Of a DNA stretch of 64,000 nt, positions 9,448-17,568 are shown piece after piece (position 1 is the stretch's first letter; every line of letters starts with the position of its first letter). The stretch lies in the IMG/VR virus record IMGVR_UViG_3300042010_000129, positions 64,001 through 128,000 of that record. One strand, 5' to 3'. Source of the stretch: a virus (Duplodnaviria; Caudoviricetes). Below the pieces are notes generated by a model that worked only from the letters and a program-made list of their open reading frames with translations, made no database searches and was not told where the DNA came from. Position numbers and translations under genes: made by a program.

Positions 9448-9671
9448 TGGAAATGATCCTCTCGCTTGCGCGGGCTGGATCGGCGGAACGGTGGGATGCA
9501 ATTCCGGAAGTACGCTTTGACAAAGCAAAGGAAGGGCACTCACTGAATGCGTCCGGCAAACTCTCAAAAAAGCGCCGCAGAAAACGCCTGAAAAGCGGAC
9601 TGATCGACACGCCTCTAAAGGGCGCAGAGAAACGGCAAATGGATATTCAGGACACGGTTAGATGCCCGTGA
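9447..9671 (+). CDS. Small basic protein with N-terminal tag MEMILSLARA
   Basis: TAATG coupling; KKRRRKRLK basic patch. Confidence 0.65.
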   Translation: MEMILSLARAGSAERWDAIPEVRFDKAKEGHSLNASGKLSKKRRRKRLKSGLIDTPLKGAEKRQMDIQDTVRCP

Positions 9672-9678
9672 GGTAGAT

Positions 9679-9942
9679 ATGCCAAAGCTAACAATTAAAG
9701 GTCGTGCCAAACAATCGGATGGCGTGCAAAAACCAGAACACGATGGCGCTCGCATTTTGCGTTGGGAAGACGACGACAAAATGATGCACGATGTACCGAA
9801 GGCTAAAAAAGCTTCGTTGCTGAAAGATCGCACGCGTTCCGGGCAGCAAGGCGCCATGGCTTTCCCGCACGATTACATCGACAAAATGCACGTGTCCAAA
9901 TCGAACTGGTTGGGCCGTCGTGAACGGGGACGCCAACGATGA
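9679..9942 (+). CDS. Small hydrophilic/basic hypothetical protein (87 aa)
   Basis: SD GAGGT upstream; ATGA overlap with the next gene. Confidence 0.7.
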   Translation: MPKLTIKGRAKQSDGVQKPEHDGARILRWEDDDKMMHDVPKAKKASLLKDRTRSGQQGAMAFPHDYIDKMHVSKSNWLGRRERGRQR

Positions 9943-10544
9943 CCGAGATTATCATTGACGGTTTTGCCGCTGATAAACCTACCGGCGATTTGCGGGATGT
10001 TTTCGGTGATCCGTTTAAAGACTTTCGCGAAATGCAGGAAGCGAAAAAACAACGGCAGTGGCAAGAAATCGAAATTGATTTGAATCCAGAAGTGAACCCG
10101 CTGTCACCTGAAGGATTTGATCAGACTTTCCAGCGTGTTGCGGAAGCGTCGAAGCCGCGACCGAAAGGGATTGGTGAAGACTGGTTTCGTTCGTTGCTGC
10201 GCAAAGGCCTTCAGAACGCGCAGGCCAACAAAGAGCGCAACGCACTGGCAACCGCTAGCGATCCAACTGGAAAGCAGCAGCACGGCGACCACAAGGCCGA
10301 TGGCAAGCTCGCACGCACGGCGAAAGTGGCACAAGACCACAAGATGAAAAAGCAGCAAGCACTTCGCGAACTTCAAAAGCGTTTGGCAGCAGTAAACAGC
10401 AAACGCCCGAAAGATCCAACGAAGGTGCAAGCGTGGTCGGATCGTCGCCAAGCGCTGGTGAAAAAGATTGCAGAAAAACGTGAGTCGATGCGTTTCTCTG
10501 ACAAGCGTGTGGCGAGCCTACGGGAGGAACGCCGTGGAAATTGA
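9939..10544 (+). CDS. Hypothetical protein (201 aa) with acidic N-half and basic coiled-coil C-half
   Basis: Codon style and overlap with neighbours; charge segregation visible in the translation. Confidence 0.75.
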   Translation: MTEIIIDGFAADKPTGDLRDVFGDPFKDFREMQEAKKQRQWQEIEIDLNPEVNPLSPEGFDQTFQRVAEASKPRPKGIGEDWFRSLLRKGLQNAQANKERNALATASDPTGKQQHGDHKADGKLARTAKVAQDHKMKKQQALRELQKRLAAVNSKRPKDPTKVQAWSDRRQALVKKIAEKRESMRFSDKRVASLREERRGN

Positions 10545-10920
10545 AATGGAGTTCAAAGATCCGAACGGGCTTGAATTAAGTACGCTGCACAATTTGGGGC
10601 AGATGCTTATCGAGTACATGCCGGACTGGTCGCCCAAATACATGCGCTGTGATTCGCCTGTCGATCTTCGGGGTTTCTTCCTGAATGGCAAAATGTTCAC
10701 CCGCGCAACGTATCAGTTTTCCAAGTACGGAAATGAATTCTTTATTCACGTAGATTTCAAAGACACCGTGGAAGTTTACGTGGTAGAGAAAAAAGTCGGG
10801 GAAGTTATCCGGCGCAAACTTTATACTGTGGATAGGCCGGATAGCCTGAAACTTTTCCGCATCATTACAGACGAATTGGAGACGGCTACTAATGCCTATC
10901 AAGAAAGCGAAGCCAATTAA
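10534..10920 (+). CDS. Hypothetical protein (128 aa; GTG start chosen inside the 10468 ORF)
   Basis: GGGAGG 6 nt before the in-frame GTG at 10534. Confidence 0.6.
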   Translation: MEIEMEFKDPNGLELSTLHNLGQMLIEYMPDWSPKYMRCDSPVDLRGFFLNGKMFTRATYQFSKYGNEFFIHVDFKDTVEVYVVEKKVGEVIRRKLYTVDRPDSLKLFRIITDELETATNAYQESEAN

Positions 10921-11332
10921 AAAGTCCAGCACCAAGTCTGGCAAAAAAGCAAAAGTTAGCGCGGTTGCAACGCGGGCGCGTAAGCTGGGCCTGACCTCGC
11001 ACGGTTATGGTCGGTGGGGTAAAAACGGGCGTATCACGCACCGTACCGCTGGCAATAAACTGGTCGAAGTTAAAGACAGCAAACACAACCGGGTAATGAC
11101 TCGCGAAGGCAAAAGCAAAGCCAGTACCTTGCTTGCAAAAATGAGCGCCGATTACACGCAGAAAGCCGTGAAAATCAAAATGGCACTCAAGAAGGCCGAA
11201 GGCCGCGACGACAAAGAACAGGTTTCCCATCTGAAACAGTTGCTCGCCAAAGCTCAGAAAGAAATGGAAAAGGCGCGTGAGCGTACTTTGAAACTGCATG
11301 GCCGTCCGAAGAAACAAGCGGGCGCCGCGTAA
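10892..11332 (+). CDS. Lysine/arginine-rich histone-like basic protein (146 aa)
   Basis: MPIKKAKPIKKSSTKSGKKAK start and very high K/R content; last gene before the convergent terminator. Confidence 0.75.
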   Translation: MPIKKAKPIKKSSTKSGKKAKVSAVATRARKLGLTSHGYGRWGKNGRITHRTAGNKLVEVKDSKHNRVMTREGKSKASTLLAKMSADYTQKAVKIKMALKKAEGRDDKEQVSHLKQLLAKAQKEMEKARERTLKLHGRPKKQAGAA

Positions 11333-11344
11333 TTGACCACAAAC

Positions 11345-11384
11345 AAAAAAGCCCCCGAATCCATTGCGGAAACGGGGGCTTTTT
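11345..11384. terminator. Bidirectional intrinsic terminator between convergent blocks (copy 1 of a repeated element)
   Basis: AAAAAAGCCCCCG-AATCCATTGCGGAAA-CGGGGGCTTTTT; A-tract and T-tract flank the stem. Confidence 0.85.
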
Positions 11385-11392
11385 CTTTTCTG

Positions 11393-11728
11393 CTACTCGA
11401 CAATCAGCGCATCTTTTTCAACGAGCCGGATATAACACTCGACGCCACGACTGCTGTCCGTCGAATGAATATACATGTGCAGGGCATTCATATGTTTCGG
11501 AATGCCGTGTTCATTTCCCAAGAAAATGTAATTGCTGAAATCTTCGTGGGGAATCCACTCGCTGACCAAACGTTTCAATTCAGCTTCCATTTCTGGCGTA
11601 CTGCGAAACGTCAACTTCGACCGGCCCCACAAATGCTTAAACGACGGGCCGAGTTTTCCACCTTCGAGAATTTGATGCGTGGGCAACAATTCCATGACGC
11701 CTCCTAGATCGGGTAATTGCCGCAGCAA
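11393..11728 (-). CDS. Hypothetical protein (111 aa; start may be the second Met)
   Basis: ORF in the tightly packed - strand block, ending next to the terminator. Confidence 0.6.
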   Translation of the reverse strand: MLRQLPDLGGVMELLPTHQILEGGKLGPSFKHLWGRSKLTFRSTPEMEAELKRLVSEWIPHEDFSNYIFLGNEHGIPKHMNALHMYIHSTDSSRGVECYIRLVEKDALIVE

Positions 11729-12009
11729 CTGACAATCAGGGTCTGGCCGTTTTTATCGCCGCTGGTGATAATCACGTCGTTGTTACGCAGGCCGTGAGAA
11801 CCAGTCGCCAAGTTACGGAAATCGTCTTCACCGAATGCTTTGCAATTATCGAATTGCTTCGTGAATTCTGCGCGTGCGTCGAGACGTTCGCTGACCAGCA
11901 TCTGCACATCTGGAATACGCGCAATATAACCGCGAAACAGTTCCTCGATTTCGTCGAAGCACATGGCGCCCATCTGGAAAAAGCATTGATACGTGTCGAT
12001 TTTCTTCAC
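11704..12009 (-). CDS. Hypothetical protein (101 aa)
   Basis: ATGA overlap with the DHFR stop. Confidence 0.65.
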   Translation of the reverse strand: MKKIDTYQCFFQMGAMCFDEIEELFRGYIARIPDVQMLVSERLDARAEFTKQFDNCKAFGEDDFRNLATGSHGLRNNDVIITSGDKNGQTLIVSCCGNYPI

Positions 12010-12521
12010 ATCAAATACTCGATGACGTTGTAGCGTTCATGTTCCGTAACCGTTTTCCATTCCAGCCGGTTGACCATGATGTGATGGAAGAACGACGGGT
12101 GTACTTTCGCATCACATTCGAACACGTCGTGAATGTGCGTCACGCGGACTTTATGCGCCCGTGGCAACGCGCCTTGAATCAGGCGCACACCGCCGATAAC
12201 CCACGCCCATTCCAGATTGGATGCTTCACACAAAACGGTCGCGATTTGAATTGCTTCCTCAAGCGAACGCGCAACGTGGAAATCCGCACGGCCTTCAGGA
12301 ACCACGAAACTTTCACCGGGCGCAGAAGTGACCACGATATGCGGGCGACCGGGCAGCATACGCCCATCGAAAGATTCCCACGTCTTGCGGCCCATGATCA
12401 TTGGCAGGCCCATCGTCTGATCTTTGAACTGCTGCAAATCCCCCGGAAAGTGCCACGGCATTTTACCGTCTTTGCCGATACCGCCCTCTTCGTCACACGC
12501 GAAAATAATACCGAGTTTCAT
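12006..12521 (-). CDS. folA: Dihydrofolate reductase
   Basis: IFACDEEGGIGKDGKMPWHFPGDLQQFK, IMGRKTWES, LPGRPHIVVT and WVIGG motifs. Confidence 0.95.
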   Translation of the reverse strand: MKLGIIFACDEEGGIGKDGKMPWHFPGDLQQFKDQTMGLPMIMGRKTWESFDGRMLPGRPHIVVTSAPGESFVVPEGRADFHVARSLEEAIQIATVLCEASNLEWAWVIGGVRLIQGALPRAHKVRVTHIHDVFECDAKVHPSFFHHIMVNRLEWKTVTEHERYNVIEYLM

Positions 12522-12808
12522 TTCAGAATCTCCGGATTGAATTGACCCACGAAAATGTCACCGGCATGCTGATTGATCGGGCGCTTTATACGCACGTGCA
12601 ACATGCCGCGTTGAACATTGGCCGGTGTGGATTTTGGCACTTCGAAGTTATCCGAAATATTCTTCCGGAAATGTTCGACGTTTACGGGCGCACCGCTAAC
12701 CTCGACCAAGAAGTGTTTCGAATCACACATGGCGCGCAGAAAAGCAACCGATGCGTCGATTACTGGCTGCTTGGGATTCTTGAACGGATTGTGATGGTCG
12801 TCACTCAT
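12518..12808 (-). CDS. Hypothetical protein (96 aa)
   Basis: ATGA-coupled on both sides. Confidence 0.7.
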   Translation of the reverse strand: MSDDHHNPFKNPKQPVIDASVAFLRAMCDSKHFLVEVSGAPVNVEHFRKNISDNFEVPKSTPANVQRGMLHVRIKRPINQHAGDIFVGQFNPEILK

Positions 12809-13134
12809 GCCGCAGCCTGAACCTTACGGCGCTTGGACTTCGGCACCGTGACGTATGCGGTTTCCCAATAGCTGCTGATCTTTTTGTATTCTTCCGGAAC
12901 GTTTACAGCAGTGAGGAAACGCATCGGATTATCGCCGCAGAAATGTTTGATTTCTTCGGTGTACGAAGTCTTCGCCTGTGGCATACGCGGCGCGCATTGC
13001 TCAATGATCGAATGCAGTTCGGCAGTCTGGCACGGCAGTTCTTGCCAGTTGGCGCTTTGGCCGTCATTCAGCCAATCAGTGTGGCCGATGGCTAAGGCAC
13101 GTTTGGTTTTGTCGCAAACGAGGTAAATTTTCAC
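12805..13134 (-). CDS. Hypothetical protein (109 aa)
   Basis: Coupled overlaps with both neighbours. Confidence 0.7.
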   Translation of the reverse strand: MKIYLVCDKTKRALAIGHTDWLNDGQSANWQELPCQTAELHSIIEQCAPRMPQAKTSYTEEIKHFCGDNPMRFLTAVNVPEEYKKISSYWETAYVTVPKSKRRKVQAAA

Positions 13135-13463
13135 TGGAATTTCTCCAAGATATTCAGAGCTTGGCGATTCACGGCGGTGATCAGGCGGATCGGTGCGCCG
13201 GTTTTGAAAGCGATGCTCGGATTGAAAACCGGAATGCCTTTGAAATAACCGACGTGGCCTTCTTCCAGCGATTCAGCTTCGAAGTAAACGTGGTTCTGCA
13301 TTTCCTTGAACAGCGGAGAAATGCGGCAAATCACGATTGCCTTCACCGGCATATCCGGCTTGTCCAGTTGCTCGGCGTCGGGCAGTGCGTAGGTCTGTGT
13401 CCAACCGTTGGTGTGTTCGTAGAGACGGTCGGAAATGTGGCACGGCATCGCGTAATGTTTCAT
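13131..13463 (-). CDS. Hypothetical protein (110 aa) with a GHVGYFKGIPVF motif shared with 13729-14433
   Basis: Motif match to the neighbouring 234 aa protein. Confidence 0.7.
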   Translation of the reverse strand: MKHYAMPCHISDRLYEHTNGWTQTYALPDAEQLDKPDMPVKAIVICRISPLFKEMQNHVYFEAESLEEGHVGYFKGIPVFNPSIAFKTGAPIRLITAVNRQALNILEKFQ

Positions 13464-13466
13464 GAT

Positions 13467-13727
13467 TTACTCCAGTGTGATTTTGCGTTCGTTTTGAAAC
13501 GTGATTGAAGTTTTTGCACAGCCCGTAACGATCCGGGTTTTGCCGAGATTAAAACTGGGCTGTGACAGCATGTGCTTTTTCTGAATCAACTGAAAGCAGC
13601 CCTTGGGCCAGACATTCAGACTCAACAGGATTTCTTCGTAGTCCGCCGAAAGCTCAACTTCAAGCGGGCAGAAAATATAATGCAGCAGAAATTCTTTACG
13701 CTTTTTGTCGAACAGTTCGGCGTCCAA
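13467..13727 (-). CDS. Hypothetical protein (86 aa)
   Basis: Fills the gap between two coupled - strand genes. Confidence 0.55.
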   Translation of the reverse strand: MDAELFDKKRKEFLLHYIFCPLEVELSADYEEILLSLNVWPKGCFQLIQKKHMLSQPSFNLGKTRIVTGCAKTSITFQNERKITLE

Positions 13728-13728
13728 T

Positions 13729-14433
13729 TTATACGTCCTGTTTAGGTTGGCCCATTTTCCACGGGTAGTGGATTTCGATCAGGTCATTGGGGTTGATCAT
13801 GCGGCGGTGCATGAACGAATCGGTAAAAACCGGAATTCCTTTGTACCAGCCGAGGTGCCCATTGAAGTGTTTTTCAATGTCCTGTTCCCGGCGCATTTCC
13901 CAAACTTCGGAGTTCATCGCTTCGTTAAATTTCGGCACCAAACGAGCGGGAATCAGGATGTGTTCCGGACGACCATGAACGATGTTGAAAAGCTTTTCAT
14001 CCCACTGTTCACCAGTCACCGGGAAGTAACTTGTGCGATCATATTTCGCCCGGTAATACGGTGTGCGTTGGTATTCCAGTTGACGGCTGAACTGCCCGCC
14101 CCACTGGCCGAAAATGATAGGCGCACCGCGCACATAGGAGCGCTTCGGATCGGCGTAAACATCCGAAAAGATTTCAACCGAATTAACGGTGCCGATGAAA
14201 CCACCTTCAAGGTTTTCCGGGGTCATTGGTGCCAGCTGAATGCAGGCTGTTTCCTTTTCCCACTTCACCAGCAAATCCATGTACGGCGCTGGCAGCAGAA
14301 CGTAGGTTGCGTTCGACGACATGTCGAGAAACAACGCCAAAGATTCGAGGTTGTCTTTTGCGAAGAACGTCTGCCCATCACGCGGCAAATCCCAGTGGTT
14401 GAAAATATCTTCGACCGCTACATCTTTATTCAC
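13729..14433 (-). CDS. Hypothetical protein (234 aa) with two internal capsid-P-domain-like repeats
   Basis: YVLLPA..GGFIGTVNSVEIFSDVY and HILIPA..GHLGWYKGIPVFTDSF. Confidence 0.75.
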   Translation of the reverse strand: MNKDVAVEDIFNHWDLPRDGQTFFAKDNLESLALFLDMSSNATYVLLPAPYMDLLVKWEKETACIQLAPMTPENLEGGFIGTVNSVEIFSDVYADPKRSYVRGAPIIFGQWGGQFSRQLEYQRTPYYRAKYDRTSYFPVTGEQWDEKLFNIVHGRPEHILIPARLVPKFNEAMNSEVWEMRREQDIEKHFNGHLGWYKGIPVFTDSFMHRRMINPNDLIEIHYPWKMGQPKQDV

Positions 14434-14445
14434 AGTTTTTGTCCC

Positions 14446-14880
14446 TTACAGAAAATAGTCGGAAAGGCGGGCCTGTGACTGGCGCATTTCCACCTTGTGT
14501 GGCGTCGGGTCTGCAACGCATGCAGTGATGTACGCGTTCCAGTTCATAAAAATATGATCGACTTTGATTTCCGGATCGCCCCTGTCACTTAGGCGCTTGT
14601 GGTAATCCGCCCGCAGGTCACGGCTCGGGTAGAAAACGACGTATGGAATTCCAGCAGCATGCAACGCACGGCGCGTAGTCAACCATATCGGCAACATCAC
14701 GGTAACGCCGGGAATTTTCAACGCTTGGCGAACGCGATCAATTTCGGATTCATCCTGCAACGGTAAATTCAAATCCACGAACGAAAGGTTTTGCTGATTC
14801 AACATGGATTTTCCGATACCGGGAAAACCGCAGATAACGCGCACGCCTTCGGGCATCCTGTATTTTTCATGCGCTGTCAT
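14446..14880 (-). CDS. Small P-loop NTPase/kinase-like protein
   Basis: Walker A VICGFPGIGKS near the N-terminus; nucleoside-monophosphate-kinase-like size. Confidence 0.7.
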   Translation of the reverse strand: MTAHEKYRMPEGVRVICGFPGIGKSMLNQQNLSFVDLNLPLQDESEIDRVRQALKIPGVTVMLPIWLTTRRALHAAGIPYVVFYPSRDLRADYHKRLSDRGDPEIKVDHIFMNWNAYITACVADPTPHKVEMRQSQARLSDYFL

Positions 14881-15401
14881 TCGATTGGCTCCCCGTCGTA
14901 ATCCTGAAGTGGTGCTTTCTCGGCCACTGGCTGTTTTGGAATGTCTTCGTCTGGCGCCATTTCACGCACAAACAAATCCATCGAATACCAGACCGACATG
15001 TAATATTCTGGAACGTCTTTCCATTCATCGCCATCGCGAATTTGACGGTGCGCGTCGTCGTGAACTTCTTTCCATTCATACAGGAAACGCCCGGTGGCCC
15101 CTGCAAACATTTGGTCGAGGATTTGCACCATCGTCCGATGCATGTGCTGGGCCTTCGGTATATGCGCAGTCAGCAACTTTTTATCGAAGTTTGCGAACGC
15201 TACAAACTCCGGCATTACACGGTCGTGGAACTGCACAATCCAACCCGTTTGTTCAAGCATTTCCTGCCATGCCCAAATGTCGTTGGTGAACTCGCCACAA
15301 TCGCCGCGTGCCTTCCAGCGCTTTTTGAAATCAGCGTTGAATTCATCACGTGTTTTCTGTGCGCGTTCTTCTGCTGTCGGGAAATTCGATACGTTGATCA
15401 T
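14877..15401 (-). CDS. Hypothetical protein (174 aa; start reassigned to MINVSNFP)
   Basis: ATG at 15401 overlaps the upstream TGA (ATGA). Confidence 0.7.
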   Translation of the reverse strand: MINVSNFPTAEERAQKTRDEFNADFKKRWKARGDCGEFTNDIWAWQEMLEQTGWIVQFHDRVMPEFVAFANFDKKLLTAHIPKAQHMHRTMVQILDQMFAGATGRFLYEWKEVHDDAHRQIRDGDEWKDVPEYYMSVWYSMDLFVREMAPDEDIPKQPVAEKAPLQDYDGEPIE

Positions 15402-15787
15402 TGTGAATTCTCGGTGTTCTTCGTTGCGATATAACGCGTCATGGGAACCGGATTTAATTCCGGGCAATCCGTGTGCATTTTCCCGTGACCCGCAGGCGTG
15501 GCGAATAACCAACCTTTGAGCGTCACCAGAACCGTGCCCTGATCGCACACCGAAAAGCTTGGCGTATGGTCGTGGCACGCTTCGCCCCAAGTGGTTGGAA
15601 CGCCTGTGATGGTAATGCCGTATTCATCGGCAACCAGCATCACGTTTTCCCAAAGGTTTTCATGCGTGCAATTTTCAAGTCGCTGCTGCACACGGATGTT
15701 CGTTTTAGAATCCGGCAAATGACGGTAAAGGATGGAACCGAAACCGATCAGCAGACTCAAGAAATGCACGTCTTTGGAAAACTCCAT
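15398..15787 (-). CDS. Hypothetical protein (129 aa)
   Basis: TAATG coupling to thyA. Confidence 0.65.
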   Translation of the reverse strand: MEFSKDVHFLSLLIGFGSILYRHLPDSKTNIRVQQRLENCTHENLWENVMLVADEYGITITGVPTTWGEACHDHTPSFSVCDQGTVLVTLKGWLFATPAGHGKMHTDCPELNPVPMTRYIATKNTENSQ

Positions 15788-17178
15788 TAGTTCCCCGCAA
15801 TCGGCGCTTTGATCGTGTCGTAGGATTCGTAACCGACCAGTTCGATATCTTCGACTTTGATATCACGAATCGAATCGACGGGGCCACAATTGATTTTCAG
15901 TTTCGGCGCCTTGTGGATAATCGGACGCTGCAATTGTTTTGCGACTGCATCCATGTGGTTCAGGTAAATGTGCGCATCGCCTTCCGTTACGTGGAAGAAA
16001 CGAGCGGTCAGACCGTGCGCGTGCGCCAGCATTTCGGTAAGCATTGCGTACTGCGCAACGTTGAACGGCATGCCGAGGAAAATATCGTTCGAACGCATGA
16101 ACAATTTGCAGTCGAGGAAATGTTTCCCTTCGCGGTCAGTAACCGAACTGACGTTCCACTGGGCCAGCGTGTGGCACGGCGGCAATTGCATTTCGTCCAG
16201 CTGCGCAACGTTCCAGCCGGTCAGGATAATGCGACGGCCTGCAATGTGTTTGTCGATTTTCCCTTGATGGAAAAGCACTTCGTTTTTGATCGCTTCTTCA
16301 ACCAGTTTAATCTGGTCGATTTCGCGGCGGATCGCTACGTGCCCATGACCGTTTTCAAAACCGGTATGCGAGAAACCACGCGAACCGTATTTTTCCCACG
16401 CGTTATCGTAAAGTTCGCTGGCCGGAATAAAACGAATGTCTTCCCACGCGCACCATTGCTTGCCATAAAGCGGCCCCAAATAACCGTCACTCAAAGCATT
16501 TTCCGGAATGCCCCAGTTATTCAGCTTGGCTTCGATTGCAAACGTCTGATCTTCGGTGCGCTCGCTCAACTGAAAATGACGGCCCCCGCCTTCCATGTGG
16601 CGAATGAAAGGGACGCCGATTTCTTCCATAAAATCGTTCATTACTTTTCGCTGATTTTCGCCCAACATAGTCAGCCGCTCGAACAGTTCGAGCGGGGCGC
16701 CTTCGTAAACTTCGGTGCCGGGCTTAACGTTGCCGTCCCAAATATTTACGTTCATTTCTTTCAGCGATTTCAGGTCGCATTTGCCTTCGAGCATCCAGCG
16801 AATGGTTTCCTTTTTCATCGTAAGGAACATCAAACGCTTGCCGGTAATTGCCGGGAAATTCTGACGCAAATCGAATTTCATATTCACGTCACCAAACGCG
16901 GACAGGGTTCCGATTTTGGTACGGTCTACGCGGCGCTCGCCGTTTTCCAGAATGAAACGCAGCCAGTCGTTGTACTGATGATCGAACGGGTTGTCTTCGA
17001 AGCTGACTTTTTCACCGCCGACGAACATCAATTTTTCGATAGTGGTGTGCGTGATTTCACGCGGGCGACCATCGGCCAGCGTCTGATCACCAAGATCAAT
17101 CGCATATTCTTTGCCTACGACGGTGTAACCCTTCTGTTCGAAGGCTTCAACGGAGAGTTTCTGTTTACCGATGTGCAT
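15787..17178 (-). CDS. thyA: Thymidylate synthase (ThyA-type) with N-terminal extension and insertions
   Basis: DRTKIGT, LGPLYGKQW, RRIILTGWN, LPPCH (catalytic Cys), RSNDIFLGMPFN and GDAHIYLNH; SD AAGGAG. Confidence 0.95.
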   Translation of the reverse strand: MHIGKQKLSVEAFEQKGYTVVGKEYAIDLGDQTLADGRPREITHTTIEKLMFVGGEKVSFEDNPFDHQYNDWLRFILENGERRVDRTKIGTLSAFGDVNMKFDLRQNFPAITGKRLMFLTMKKETIRWMLEGKCDLKSLKEMNVNIWDGNVKPGTEVYEGAPLELFERLTMLGENQRKVMNDFMEEIGVPFIRHMEGGGRHFQLSERTEDQTFAIEAKLNNWGIPENALSDGYLGPLYGKQWCAWEDIRFIPASELYDNAWEKYGSRGFSHTGFENGHGHVAIRREIDQIKLVEEAIKNEVLFHQGKIDKHIAGRRIILTGWNVAQLDEMQLPPCHTLAQWNVSSVTDREGKHFLDCKLFMRSNDIFLGMPFNVAQYAMLTEMLAHAHGLTARFFHVTEGDAHIYLNHMDAVAKQLQRPIIHKAPKLKINCGPVDSIRDIKVEDIELVGYESYDTIKAPIAGN

Positions 17179-17203
17179 AACAACTCCTTTAAAAAGGCAT
17201 TAA

Positions 17204-17232
17204 TTGCCTGTTGTGCGTAATTTACTTATATA
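17204..17232 (+). promoter_or_regulatory. Candidate sigma70-like promoter in the divergent intergenic region
   Basis: TTGCCT (17204-17209), 17-nt spacer, TATATA (17227-17232), upstream of the baseplate operon. Confidence 0.35.
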
Positions 17233-17271
17233 CAATATTTACAGTATTCCATGCACTGGGGGGAACCACAC

Positions 17272-17565
17272 ATGGGCCAACCTAACGTTCGTATCAATAC
17301 TGACCTTTCCAGCGGTCACGGCTGCTGGCCTCCTACGTTGCCGATTCAGGCGTCAATGAACGTCTTCTGCAATGGGCTGGCTGAAGTGCGCGTAGGCGAT
17401 GCGTACATGGTTCACCTTTGCCCCGGTAAAGGCGCACACCAAGGCAAGGCATTAACCGGCGCCACAAAAACATTCACCAACGGCAAATTGGTTCACACCG
17501 TGGGCGGCGCTATTGATTGCGGCGACTTCGCGCAGAACGGTAGCCCTAACGTTTTCTCGGGATAA
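17272..17565 (+). CDS. PAAR-like spike-tip protein (T4 gp5.4-like)
   Basis: D..SGHGCWPP, VFCNG...VRVGD, H..C, AIDCG, GSPNVF pattern; SD GGGGGA before the ATG at 17272. Confidence 0.9.
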   Translation: MGQPNVRINTDLSSGHGCWPPTLPIQASMNVFCNGLAEVRVGDAYMVHLCPGKGAHQGKALTGATKTFTNGKLVHTVGGAIDCGDFAQNGSPNVFSG

Positions 17566-17568
17566 ATC

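Noticed and set aside
393-9671. Resemblance of the tag (MEVMIAL, MELFIALA) to type IV pilin/pseudopilin N-termini (..LEVMIALAI) or to Sec signal peptides
   Set aside because: There is no G|F prepilin cleavage site or basic n-region, and the hydrophobic run is only 4-6 residues, too short for a membrane helix. It was kept only as a peptide tag of unknown receptor.
15787-17178. Possibility that the enlarged thymidylate synthase is a dCMP/dUMP hydroxymethylase or contains an intein or intron
   Set aside because: The specificity Asn and all ThyA motifs are intact, the frame is continuous, and there are no intein terminal motifs or homing-endonuclease signatures.
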